DNA of 64,000 nucleotides from Alphaproteobacteria bacterium. GTDB taxonomy: Bacteria; Pseudomonadota; Alphaproteobacteria; RF32; CAG-239. Below the pieces are notes generated by a model that was not told the origin of the DNA, did no database searches, and saw only the letters and a list, made by a program, of their open reading frames with translations. Made by a program: the position numbers and the translations under genes. This document shows, piece after piece, positions 36,423 through 45,971 of the stretch. How positions within the stretch are numbered: position 1 is the stretch's first letter; every line of letters starts with the position of its first letter. Location of the stretch: assembly GCA_017961285.1 (NCBI GenBank), contig JAGCXO010000037.1, positions 16,097 through 80,096 on the forward strand. Direction: 5' to 3'.

Positions 36423-38906
36423 ATGGTTGAAAGACTTAGTCCGAAAGAAAAAGAATACAAAAAACAAGGAGATCAGATATCAGATGCTATAAAAAATAGC
36501 GATATTAAAACTTTGCAACAACTTCTTCCGACTGCAGAAGACCTGGTAAAAGCTACCGAATATTGTGATGACCGCGACCACGATATTATGGATCAAATTG
36601 CCCTTACCGGCAATCATGAAATGCTCAAAAAAATCCTCAATACCTATTTTAGCGACCGTTCCGAAGAAAATGATGATCTCCGCCGCCGGTTTTTGCTAAG
36701 CCATAGAAAATCAAACGGTTACCCAAAGAACTTTCACTACATTGGTTTTTCTGTCCTTCCTCCATTTAAGGCCATGGAAAAAGTCATTTTATCCAAAACC
36801 GAAGAAGAACAATTCTCAAACATTCAAGAATTTAAGCGAATAAACGAAGATTTCAAAAAACCGACAGACGACAAAAATAAGCAATTAGATCAAAGAAAAA
36901 TGGAAGTTTATATAACTATTCGTGATGCCTATATGGAAGTATATCCCAAAACCAATCCTCATCTACCAATGAAAAACAAAAGATATGGCCTCGCCCCAAA
37001 AGGAGAAGCTTCTAATGAATTTGTGGGCTATACATCAACAGATCCTCTTAAAGGATTCGTCGTCAAAAAATATGACATCACATACCCGATGATTCGCCTT
37101 GTAAATATTCCAGAGAACCAAAATGAAAACGAGCCTTTGATGTGCCAGTGCTTTGAAGTTAAAAATGCCAAATTTACCGAAGGCAAAAACGATTTAGCCG
37201 AACAAGTTTTTCGCCAAATGGCTTTCCCCGATGCTTGGACTGATGGTAATTATTTTACGTTTCTTCAAAAATATGGAGAAACCTATCAAAAAATTCACGA
37301 CGATCCTATTGCTGATGCCGTTGTCCATAATTTCAATCAAAACAATGGTTATCACACTTTTGAAAATCGTAAAGACAAAACTACCAAAATAAATATAAAA
37401 GCCGGAAATGATTACAGAGGATACGCATACAGAGACCATATATGCCTGCGTACTGATTACATATATAATGAAGGAACAATATTCCATGAAGGCGGACACA
37501 ATACCGACGACAGAGAATTTAACCAGACAGATTTATACAAATTTGTTGCCACTGCCATTTATGCCACCCCCGAAAAAAGCCAAGAAAGAAAATTAGCTGT
37601 TAATGACACACTACAATATTACAATTGTTCAGAATTTGAAGTTGAAAGTTTGGCAAGAATTCCTCAACAATATTTTTCTTCTCACAATTTTGAGAACGAC
37701 CCTCTTCTCAGAGCAACTTGCGATATTTTTTCTGCTTATGGCAAAGCTAAACTAGAGAAAAAATCTGCTGTTCTTGAAAGAATAAATCATTGCATGCGTT
37801 TGCGTCTCTCCGGCAAAATAGGATATAAAAATCTTTCTAATATTACGGATATGCGACTGAATTATTTTGCTGAAAAAGATAGAGCAAAAGAAGAAAAGCC
37901 AGATCCTTATACCGGTTCTTTTGCTCCTGTCCTATCATCTGAAGAGCTTAAACAGCAAGAACAAGATCTCAGACAGCAATACGCTGTTTTAAATGGCAAT
38001 GGAAATTTTGTTGAAAATGAAATCACAAAATGCATAAATACAGAACTAAAAGCCATTGAAAAGATAAATCAACATCCTTTGGCCGAAAAAATCATATTGG
38101 ATTTGGATACAATCTCGCGCGACAACATAACTGAAGAAGAACCTCTGGAGGTTTTGATTGCCAAAACCTATGAAAGCACTAAAAAAATCAGCCCTCTTCG
38201 CGCACAAAAAATGAGCGAACAAGAGCTGGCAAAAGAAACAAAAAAACTCATCTCTATGGGAAAAGAAACGCTTAGTGAACTTAAAAAAGATAAAGACGAC
38301 GGAATGTTGCTTGATCGCGCACTTTATTGTACTGCAATAAGACATACCGCAACCGCGGCAATGTATACATCTTTTTTGACCGAAAAATACTTTTCCAAAC
38401 AAACCTTTAATGATGATATACAAGCTTATATTCCAAACGAACTTTATGGTACATCTTTCACGCTAACCAAACTTCAAAATGTTCAAGATAATATTCAAAT
38501 CGTCAATAATGAGAACTCGGAAACGCGCATCTTACCCGAAATGTTTGATGATCCATTATTGTCAATGCAACGTAGAATAAACGAAGGACAATATAACTAT
38601 GAAGACAACAAAGATCTTATTGAACCGCAAGATCGCATTGAAAATATGAAAGAACTTTTCTTAAAAAAGGATCCCATAGAAACCATGCGTCTGATGCAGC
38701 TTTTATACAAAGAATTTAATCCGCAAGCCAAATCCTTGCCGGAAGATTTGCATTTTGCCTCACTGACAAAAGAAAAGATCAAAAACGGCGACTGGCAAAG
38801 GGCAGTAAACAAATACCAAGATCAATTTGTCAAACAACTGGAAAAACAAGCTCATAATTCACAAACACAAGCACCGATAAGCAAAGACTCTTCTCATTCT
38901 TTGTAA
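36423..38906 (+). CDS. Large hypothetical protein with HExxH zinc-metallopeptidase-like motif
   Basis: Long ORF. I preferred the ATG at 36423, which is preceded by GGAGA, over the ATG at 36408. TIFHEGGHNTDD (HEGGH at nt 37485-37499) is the only recognisable motif. No signal peptide. Confidence 0.7.
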   Translation: MVERLSPKEKEYKKQGDQISDAIKNSDIKTLQQLLPTAEDLVKATEYCDDRDHDIMDQIALTGNHEMLKKILNTYFSDRSEENDDLRRRFLLSHRKSNGYPKNFHYIGFSVLPPFKAMEKVILSKTEEEQFSNIQEFKRINEDFKKPTDDKNKQLDQRKMEVYITIRDAYMEVYPKTNPHLPMKNKRYGLAPKGEASNEFVGYTSTDPLKGFVVKKYDITYPMIRLVNIPENQNENEPLMCQCFEVKNAKFTEGKNDLAEQVFRQMAFPDAWTDGNYFTFLQKYGETYQKIHDDPIADAVVHNFNQNNGYHTFENRKDKTTKINIKAGNDYRGYAYRDHICLRTDYIYNEGTIFHEGGHNTDDREFNQTDLYKFVATAIYATPEKSQERKLAVNDTLQYYNCSEFEVESLARIPQQYFSSHNFENDPLLRATCDIFSAYGKAKLEKKSAVLERINHCMRLRLSGKIGYKNLSNITDMRLNYFAEKDRAKEEKPDPYTGSFAPVLSSEELKQQEQDLRQQYAVLNGNGNFVENEITKCINTELKAIEKINQHPLAEKIILDLDTISRDNITEEEPLEVLIAKTYESTKKISPLRAQKMSEQELAKETKKLISMGKETLSELKKDKDDGMLLDRALYCTAIRHTATAAMYTSFLTEKYFSKQTFNDDIQAYIPNELYGTSFTLTKLQNVQDNIQIVNNENSETRILPEMFDDPLLSMQRRINEGQYNYEDNKDLIEPQDRIENMKELFLKKDPIETMRLMQLLYKEFNPQAKSLPEDLHFASLTKEKIKNGDWQRAVNKYQDQFVKQLEKQAHNSQTQAPISKDSSHSL

Positions 38907-39742
38907 TTTTGTTTTTCATAAGCAAGCCATGTGTTTTGCATAAGCATTGCAACGGTCATCGGCCCTACTCCGCCCGGAACAGGTGTGATATATTGAGCTT
39001 TTGGCGCAACCTTTGCAAAATTTACATCACCATATATTTTGCCATTCACACGCGTAATCCCGACATCAATAACCGTAGCGCCTTTTTTCACCCACTTGTC
39101 ATCAACCATTGTAGGCACTCCGCAGGCCGAAACCAAAATATCTGCCTGCGCCGCCAGTTTTTGCAAATCCACACTTTGTTTATGTCCGATAGTAACCGTG
39201 CAATCGCTATTCAGCAATAGCGAAGCCAATGGCCGTCCCACAATATTTGAACGTCCGATAATCACGGCATTTTTGCCGGCAATATTACCAAGTGTATGCT
39301 CCAACATATACAAAACCGCTTTCGGAGTAGCGGGAATGAGAGCATTTTTGCAATTTGAATGCAACAATCCCATATTATATGGGCTAAAGCCATCAACATC
39401 TTTTTCCAAAGCAATATTTTCAAGCACTTTATCAGAGTCAATATGCTCCGGTAGCGGCATTTGCACAATAATTCCATTGATACCTTTGTCTTTATTGAGC
39501 GAATTTAATAAATTTAGCAACTCCTTTTCTGAAGTTTTTTCGTCCAAATGATGGACACTACATTTCATACCAATATTTTCTGCCAGCTTCTGCTTATTGC
39601 GAACATAAATCAAGCTGGCTTCATTATTTCCTACCAACACCACAGCCAAATGCGGCTTTTTTTGCACACTGGCAACTTTTTTGCTTAAATCATCAGCAAT
39701 CTTCGCCGCCATTTCTTTGCCATCAATTATTTGCGCAACCAT
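38894..39742 (-). CDS. folD: Bifunctional methylenetetrahydrofolate dehydrogenase/cyclohydrolase
   Basis: The QIIDGK start region, VGNNEASLIYVRNK, GRSNIVGRP and PVPGGVGPMT motifs. The start is at 39742, preceded by GGAGGG. Confidence 0.93.
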   Translation of the reverse strand: MVAQIIDGKEMAAKIADDLSKKVASVQKKPHLAVVLVGNNEASLIYVRNKQKLAENIGMKCSVHHLDEKTSEKELLNLLNSLNKDKGINGIIVQMPLPEHIDSDKVLENIALEKDVDGFSPYNMGLLHSNCKNALIPATPKAVLYMLEHTLGNIAGKNAVIIGRSNIVGRPLASLLLNSDCTVTIGHKQSVDLQKLAAQADILVSACGVPTMVDDKWVKKGATVIDVGITRVNGKIYGDVNFAKVAPKAQYITPVPGGVGPMTVAMLMQNTWLAYEKQNYKE

Positions 39743-40058
39743 TTGCCCTCCATTCATTTAACTTGGTTATAACATCAGAAGATTGTGTATCTATCAAAAT
39801 CTTTTTATAATGCGAAGTTTCCCCAACTGCAATAGAAAATGCACTTTTTGGCAGTTTTAGCTCTTTACTCAACAATTTTATCACTTCTTTGTTTGCCTTG
39901 CCCTTCTCTGGCACACAGCTCACCAAAACGCGTAAAAACTCTTTTCCGTCCGCATCTTTCACCACATCTTTAATCTGCGTCGAACCGGCATTCGGCACAA
40001 CCTTTAGCGAAAGCAACAAACCTTTTTCAGACTCCACATACATATCACGCACAAACAA
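39723..40058 (-). CDS. yggU: DUF167 / YggU-family protein
   Basis: L.VKVVPNAG......LRV.V...PEKGKAN.E.IK.L pattern. The true start may be the ATG at 40043, because a terminator T-run overlaps 40052-40064. Confidence 0.75.
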   Translation of the reverse strand: MFVRDMYVESEKGLLLSLKVVPNAGSTQIKDVVKDADGKEFLRVLVSCVPEKGKANKEVIKLLSKELKLPKSAFSIAVGETSHYKKILIDTQSSDVITKLNEWRANGCANN

Positions 40059-40083
40059 AAAAACAGGCGGCCAAAAGCCGCCT
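40052..40083 (-). terminator. Hairpin/T-run between the yggT-like gene and yggU
   Basis: On the minus strand, AGGCGGC-TTTTG-GCCGCCT is followed by GTTTTTTTGTTTG. Confidence 0.6.
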
Positions 40084-40102
40084 TAAAAGTAAAAAACAAA
40101 AT

Positions 40103-40372
40103 TTAGAACATCCACTGTCCCAAAACTGCCAAAACAATAAAAATCAGCAACGGCACAATATTAAAGCCCAAAACCGTTCTAAATTTCTCAGGCAAAACTT
40201 CCGTAACCTTCTCATAAACTGGCGATGTAAGCTTGCTGACAAAATCAACTGTTTTCTGCATAATCTCATTTTTTGAAAAATCAAACATCTTATATTTCTT
40301 GAACAAAGAAACAACCATGTCAAACAAAACAATCAAAGCACAAACAATAAATACAAAACCGACTAAACTCAT
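40103..40372 (-). CDS. Small membrane protein, YggT/Ycf19-like
   Basis: Two TM helices flank LTSPVYEKV....P.....GFNIVPLL, resembling the YggT LTEP...P.R...P..GG.D.SP motif. The position upstream of yggU matches the known yggT-yggU linkage. Confidence 0.5.
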   Translation of the reverse strand: MSLVGFVFIVCALIVLFDMVVSLFKKYKMFDFSKNEIMQKTVDFVSKLTSPVYEKVTEVLPEKFRTVLGFNIVPLLIFIVLAVLGQWMF

Positions 40373-40455
40373 GTAAAACTCCTTAAATAAAAGTTATAAA
40401 CTATCAACAATTATGAAACTATTTTTCTTAATTGTCTAGCCATTTTTCAAAAAAA

Positions 40456-41688
40456 TCACATCCTGTTATCTTTTAGGCAAAAAGCTCTATACTTAGCTGC
40501 CTCAAAGAACTTTGGATGATTAAAAGTACAATTTTTACAACGCCCACGCAAAGTAGAAATTCTCGATTCGACATCGCTCCTGCTTTCACAAGACTGAGTA
40601 AGCAACAATTCTTCAGCATAGGATTGTTTTTCAAAAAATTGCTTATTCATACATTGCATAAAATTATATCTCAAATCTGATGCAAAATCATATTGCTCAT
40701 GTGGCGGCAAAGCCAAAAGCCCACTACTGGCAGAATTCAGCGCAAAATTTTCATGTGCAGGCAAAGCACTCAAACCAGACGTTGTTTCAGGTAACGCTAT
40801 TGCTTCCGTATGTTCCGGCAAGGATATATTCTCTGCCGGAGACAACGCCGGAACATCATCAAATACTTGCGATTTTGGTGGCAACGCATTGACCTTCTTA
40901 TGAGGCGTCAAAGAGGGATAAAAATATTCATATTCAGGGAACAAATCAAAATCATTCCCATGATACATCCCCAACCCGATAAGTTCTTCTTTTGACAAAT
41001 TCCACATAATATCGTTTTGAGCAATCAAAGTAATTGCCGCAGTAGAAGCCATAGCTCTCTGGCGCAACTGTTTCATTTTTTGTTCTTTTTCCTCTTGCTC
41101 GTCACTGACTGCAATTGTCGCATTCTGAATAGCCGAACGCAATTGCCGCAACTTCACAAGCTTGTTATACAGCAAATTATGACGTTCTCTAGCAAGCGGA
41201 TAAGAACTGCTCTGATACAATGCCAAACAAGTCATAATTTCGGCTTCTCTGACATAGGAATCACTAATCCAAGTATTACGAATTTCCAAATCAGCATCAG
41301 AAACATAACCATCATTCATCCTGGTAATAATATTATCACATTCTCCGAACCACGAATAATATTCTTGTCTGGAATCTGTTCCGGAACATAAATTCTCAAT
41401 CGATTCTGCCAACATAAACTGCAAATCCGCAACCTTAATTTCTTGATCTTTTACGGTCACTTCCTTATCAGTAGGCAACAAAACAACATCATAAGACAAC
41501 TTGACAAGATCTTCATTCTCGATATCGGGATCAATATTTTTCAATCCCTTCATTACAGCGTTTCTCTGCGCTGCATCAAACATAATTCGATTCCTATATC
41601 TATGACAAATTGCCTGCAATTTGGCTTTTTTATCCAATTTCTTTTCAGCTGTCTTATCTGCTGTTTTATCAGTTTTCTTTTTTTGCAT
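40456..41688 (-). CDS. Hypothetical 410-aa protein with short (A/S)LP-containing repeats
   Basis: Long ORF 17 nt downstream of the second TerB-like gene. The N-terminus is K-rich. Six or so degenerate repeats (VNALPPK, VPALSPAE, ISLPEH, IALPET, LSALPAH, LLALPPHE) are encoded at about 40683-40893. Confidence 0.65.
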   Translation of the reverse strand: MQKKKTDKTADKTAEKKLDKKAKLQAICHRYRNRIMFDAAQRNAVMKGLKNIDPDIENEDLVKLSYDVVLLPTDKEVTVKDQEIKVADLQFMLAESIENLCSGTDSRQEYYSWFGECDNIITRMNDGYVSDADLEIRNTWISDSYVREAEIMTCLALYQSSSYPLARERHNLLYNKLVKLRQLRSAIQNATIAVSDEQEEKEQKMKQLRQRAMASTAAITLIAQNDIMWNLSKEELIGLGMYHGNDFDLFPEYEYFYPSLTPHKKVNALPPKSQVFDDVPALSPAENISLPEHTEAIALPETTSGLSALPAHENFALNSASSGLLALPPHEQYDFASDLRYNFMQCMNKQFFEKQSYAEELLLTQSCESRSDVESRISTLRGRCKNCTFNHPKFFEAAKYRAFCLKDNRM

Positions 41689-41705
41689 CGGTTCACTCGT
41701 AAAAA

Positions 41706-42131
41706 CTAGACTTCGTCAAAAATAATTCTGGCTTTTTCAGTTAAAATCATTTTTTCGACAACCCAATCGCTGATTTCTTCAACTTTTGCAGGATCAACAC
41801 CCATAGCCTCACCGATCTTACCGATAAATACCAACTCTTTTTCAGAAAGATCTTTATCAGCATAACCTAAAAAGCACAAATCTTTAATCAGTTCCAACGC
41901 AGCGCGACGGCTTTTGATATTTTTAACTGCAGCAATAACATTATCATCACTGGCATTAAAAACTTCGGGCAAACGTTTCTTAGGCAACATATAGTCCTTT
42001 GCCATATTTTCAATAAATTTTTTTTCTTTGGCATCAAAAACACCATCTGCATGAGCAAGTTTTGTAAACGCTTGCAAATATGCAACTTTTGCATCATCGT
42101 TCAAACTCATAATTTCATCATAAACTTCCAT
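41706..42131 (-). CDS. TerB-like domain protein, paralogue 2
   Basis: FTKLAHADGVFDAKEKKFI and LCFLGYADKDLSEKELVFI motifs. RAALELIKDLC aligns with HALELIKELC in paralogue 1. The start is the ATG at 42131, preceded by GGAGGA; the ORF-track extension is rejected. Confidence 0.6.
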   Translation of the reverse strand: MEVYDEIMSLNDDAKVAYLQAFTKLAHADGVFDAKEKKFIENMAKDYMLPKKRLPEVFNASDDNVIAAVKNIKSRRAALELIKDLCFLGYADKDLSEKELVFIGKIGEAMGVDPAKVEEISDWVVEKMILTEKARIIFDEV

Positions 42132-42283
42132 AATATCCTCCAATAAAGTGAACAATCCAGTATAGAAAAACAAAAAAACGTTAAATTATATTTAAAAAAG
42201 TAAAAAAACATAAAAATTGCTTGAAATGCACAATGATTGGTCTAATATAGGTAAAATAAAAATATATAAAGGTCACAAAAACA

Positions 42284-43627
42284 TTGCGCTACTACATCAA
42301 AACTTTCGGCTGTCAAATGAATGTCTACGATTCGCAAAGAATTGCCGACATTTTGGATAATATGGGACACACACCCGTATCCCAAATTAAAAATGCCGAT
42401 ATAATTTTGTTTAATACTTGCCACATCAGGGAAAAAGCCGCCGAAAAACTTTTTTCCGATCTCGGTCGAGCCGAAATCATAAAACAAGATCGAGCTCTCG
42501 AAGGCAAAGAAACAATTATCGGTGTTGTCGGTTGTGTTGTTCAAGCCGAAAACGAACAAATTTCCAAAAGAGCGCCCTATGTCAACTTTGCCACCGGCCC
42601 GTTGACCTATCACCGCATACCGGAAATTTTGGAACGTATTGCCAGACAAAAAAACATTTGTATTATTGATACCGAATTTCCTGCTGAAAGCAAATTCGAT
42701 TATCTGCCCGAAAATCATGCTCACGGCGGTTGTGCATACCTTGCGGTTCAAGAAGGATGCAACAATTTCTGCACCTATTGCATTGTTCCCTACACTCGCG
42801 GAGTTGAAACTTCACGTCCGATTGATGATGTTATCAATGAAGCAAAAATACTCGTAAATTCCGGAGTTTTGGAAATCAACCTTTTGGGACAAAATGTAAA
42901 TTCATACCACGGAGAAGATGCCAACGGCAAAGAACACAACTTGGCATATCTATTAAATAAAATGTCCGAAATCGAGGGCTTACAGCGCCTGCGTTATACC
43001 ACATCATATCCTGCTGATATGACAGACGACCTCATTTCGTGCCATAAAAATCTTTCAAAACTTATGCCCTACCTGCATTTACCTCTCCAATCAGGCTCGG
43101 ATAAAATCTTAAAAGCCATGAACAGACGCCATAATACCGCGCAATATTTAACTGTTATCGAAAAATTGCAAAATGCCAACCCAAATTTGCGTTTTGCTTC
43201 CGACTTTATCGTAGGCTTCCCCGGTGAAACCGACCAAGATTTTGAAGCAACACTAAAAATCGCAAAACAAATAAATTACATTCAATCCTTTTCTTTCAAA
43301 TATAGTCGTCGCCCCGGCACACCCGCTGCCGTTTTTCCCAATCAGGTAGAAGAAAAGATTAAACAACAGCGTCTTGCCGTTTTGCAAGACGAACTATTTG
43401 CTATGCAACTAAAGTTCAATCAATCTTGCACCGGCAAAACGATGCCTGTCCTATTTGAGAGCAAAGGCAAACAAAAAGGTGAGATTTTCGGACGCACTCC
43501 CTACATGCAAACATTGGTAGCAAAAGGAGATGTATCCAATCTAAATCTCATCAAAAACGTAACAATCACCTCCGGCGGAATGAACTCGCTGGCAGGAACC
43601 ATCATCAATCCAACAAAGGTGTTATAA
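42284..43627 (+). CDS. miaB: tRNA-2-methylthio-N6-dimethylallyladenosine synthase
   Basis: YIKTFGCQMN start, the radical-SAM CNNFCTYCIVP motif, and a TRAM-type C-terminus. TTG start. Confidence 0.93.
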   Translation: MRYYIKTFGCQMNVYDSQRIADILDNMGHTPVSQIKNADIILFNTCHIREKAAEKLFSDLGRAEIIKQDRALEGKETIIGVVGCVVQAENEQISKRAPYVNFATGPLTYHRIPEILERIARQKNICIIDTEFPAESKFDYLPENHAHGGCAYLAVQEGCNNFCTYCIVPYTRGVETSRPIDDVINEAKILVNSGVLEINLLGQNVNSYHGEDANGKEHNLAYLLNKMSEIEGLQRLRYTTSYPADMTDDLISCHKNLSKLMPYLHLPLQSGSDKILKAMNRRHNTAQYLTVIEKLQNANPNLRFASDFIVGFPGETDQDFEATLKIAKQINYIQSFSFKYSRRPGTPAAVFPNQVEEKIKQQRLAVLQDELFAMQLKFNQSCTGKTMPVLFESKGKQKGEIFGRTPYMQTLVAKGDVSNLNLIKNVTITSGGMNSLAGTIINPTKVL

Positions 43628-43628
43628 A

Positions 43629-44597
43629 ATGGCAAAAATAGAATTTGAACTTTTTAACAATCAACTCTTACAACAGCTTGTCGGCGCAAACGATGCCAAC
43701 CTCAATCTGATTGAAGAAATGCTTAGCGTAGAAATTACAACCATAGGCAACCAAATTCATATCAAAGGAGATAAAAATAATTGCGAAAAAGCCAAACTTG
43801 CCCTAACCGACCTATACAACAAAGTAAGTCGTAGCATTGAAATTGGCGAACAAGAAGTTAAAGCTGCTGTCAGAATGCATAACGGAACGGAGAAAGATAA
43901 CACTCAAAAAACAGACATCAACCTGAGCGATATTGTTCTAAAGACCAAAAAACGCCATATCTATCCGCGTTCTCAAACTCAGGCCAAATATATACTTGAA
44001 ATGATGAATAATGAGCTTGTTTTCGGCCTTGGACCTGCCGGTACCGGAAAAACCTATCTTGCAGTTGCATTGGCTGTATCAATGATGTTGGAAGGAACCA
44101 TTGATAAGATAATTCTTTCTCGTCCTGCGGTCGAAGCAGGAGAAAATTTGGGATTTCTACCCGGAGACCTGAAAGAAAAAGTTGATCCATATTTACGCCC
44201 GCTATACGACGCTTTATATGAAATGCTCCCCAACGAACAAGTTGATAAAAAAATTGCCGCAGGCGAAATTGAAATTGCCCCTCTTGCCTTTATGTGCGGT
44301 AGAACTTTGTCTAATGCCTTTGTAATCTTGGACGAAGCGCAAAACACAACCCCTATGCAGATGAAAATGTTTCTGACCCGTCTCGGTGAAAATTCACGTA
44401 TGGTCGTCAACGGAGACCTAAGTCAGGTTGACTTGCCGCGCGGCAGTGTATCGGGATTGAAAGACGCTCTCGGCACCCTACGAAACATCAAAGGTATAAC
44501 TTCTGTTACCTTTACTGCAGAAGATGTTGTCCGTCACGGCTTGGTATCAAAAATTGTCCTTGCTTATGAAAAACGCAAAAAGGAAGAAAATGATTAA
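43629..44597 (+). CDS. phoH: PhoH-like ATPase
   Basis: GPAGTGKTYLAVA Walker A, ILDEAQN Walker B, and the GDLSQVDLP motif. Confidence 0.92.
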   Translation: MAKIEFELFNNQLLQQLVGANDANLNLIEEMLSVEITTIGNQIHIKGDKNNCEKAKLALTDLYNKVSRSIEIGEQEVKAAVRMHNGTEKDNTQKTDINLSDIVLKTKKRHIYPRSQTQAKYILEMMNNELVFGLGPAGTGKTYLAVALAVSMMLEGTIDKIILSRPAVEAGENLGFLPGDLKEKVDPYLRPLYDALYEMLPNEQVDKKIAAGEIEIAPLAFMCGRTLSNAFVILDEAQNTTPMQMKMFLTRLGENSRMVVNGDLSQVDLPRGSVSGLKDALGTLRNIKGITSVTFTAEDVVRHGLVSKIVLAYEKRKKEEND

Positions 44598-45099
44598 AAC
44601 CAAACTCAATCTTGATTTTGCCGATAAAAATTGGAAAAAAGAACTGCCTGATGTGCAAAAAATTTCCAAAGATATTTTGACGCTTGTCATCAACGACAAA
44701 AACCCTTCTTGGTTGCAAAACAAAGAAGTTTGTGTCAATTTATCTTTGAGTAATGACAGCCAAATCAAACAGCTAAACTCCGAATTTCGCAATTTGGATA
44801 AACCGACAAATGTCCTGTCTTTTGCCAATATTGATGACGAAGAGTTCGAGCATTATCTCAGCATAAACAAGCAAATAGAACTCGGCGACATTATCATTTC
44901 CTTACAAACCATGCTTGAGCAAAGTCAGCAAGAAGAAATCAGCCTCCATGACCACTATTGCCACATCTTAATCCATGCCCTGCTCCACCTTTTGGGCTAT
45001 GATCACATAGGACAAGAAGAAGCCGAAGAAATGGAAAGTGAAGAAATAAGAATTTTACAAACCTTAAATATAGCAAACCCATATAAGGAGAAAATTTAA
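44590..45099 (+). CDS. ybeY: Endoribonuclease YbeY
   Basis: HALLHLLGYDH zinc motif. The ATG overlaps the phoH stop, and the upstream extension in the ORF track is rejected. Confidence 0.92.
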   Translation: MIKTKLNLDFADKNWKKELPDVQKISKDILTLVINDKNPSWLQNKEVCVNLSLSNDSQIKQLNSEFRNLDKPTNVLSFANIDDEEFEHYLSINKQIELGDIIISLQTMLEQSQQEEISLHDHYCHILIHALLHLLGYDHIGQEEAEEMESEEIRILQTLNIANPYKEKI

Positions 45100-45101
45100 T
45101 T

Positions 45102-45971
45102 ATGAGTGATGAAAATCAAAGTCACGGTTTTTGCAGTTATTTTAAGAACATTTTCAACAAAGGCAATGAAGATGTCCGTGAAACTATTGAAGATTTAATA
45201 GAAGAAGCCGTTGATAATACCGGCAAAGATGCCTTCAGCGAGCACGAACAGCTCCTAATATCCAATCTCTTGGGCATAAAAGACAAAAAGGCTTGCCGCG
45301 TAATGGTTCCCCGATCCGATATTATTGCCTTCCAAAAAAACGGCACTGTTGAAGAATTGGCAAAGATGATGGTTGAAAGAGGTCATTCCCGCATCCCTAT
45401 TTATGGAGAATCTTTAGACGACATCACGGGATTTTTGCATATCATAGACTTAGCAAAATGCTTACTTAAAGGAGAAGATAAAACTCCCGTATCACAGATA
45501 GAAATCAACAAAATCAAATTTACTTCACCCGATATTCCGGTTCTTGATTTATTGAAAGATATGCAGCAAAACAAAAACCACATGGCAATTATTGTTGATG
45601 ATTACGGCGGAGTATGCGGTTTGGTAACCATTGAAGATTTGCTCGAAGAAATTGTCGGTGATATAGAAGATGAATACGATTTGGAAGAAAATCACATTAT
45701 AACCTTGCAAAATAAAGGACTATTTATTGCCGATGCCAAAGCTTATCTGGACGAAGTAAAAGAAACAACAGGCCTCGATCTTGAAAGTATTGATGAAGAA
45801 GGCAACACCGTTGATACTCTCGGCGGTTATGTTTTTGACTTGGCACAACGCATCCCTAATAAAGGAGAAATTATCTCCGGACATGACGGTGTCAAATTCA
45901 AAATTTTGGATGTTGACCCGAGCCGCATTAAAAAAATTATGATTATCTTGCCAACTTCAAATGCCGAATAA
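45102..45971 (+). CDS. corC: CBS-pair / CorC-HlyC domain protein (TlyC/CorC family)
   Basis: CBS pair (VMVPRSDI..., GHSRIPIY, AIIVDDYGGVCGLVTIEDLLEEIVG) plus a C-terminal transporter-associated domain. Confidence 0.88.
   Translation: MSDENQSHGFCSYFKNIFNKGNEDVRETIEDLIEEAVDNTGKDAFSEHEQLLISNLLGIKDKKACRVMVPRSDIIAFQKNGTVEELAKMMVERGHSRIPIYGESLDDITGFLHIIDLAKCLLKGEDKTPVSQIEINKIKFTSPDIPVLDLLKDMQQNKNHMAIIVDDYGGVCGLVTIEDLLEEIVGDIEDEYDLEENHIITLQNKGLFIADAKAYLDEVKETTGLDLESIDEEGNTVDTLGGYVFDLAQRIPNKGEIISGHDGVKFKILDVDPSRIKKIMIILPTSNAE

Noticed and set aside
38894-38906. 13-nt overlap between the 3' ends of the convergent HExxH-protein and folD genes.
   Set aside because: This is simple convergent stop overlap in a compact genome. 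I saw no hairpin or other signal suggesting a regulatory element.
42242-42751. 169-aa minus-strand ORF.
   Set aside because: It is antisense to the 5' part of miaB, with no motif and no RBS.
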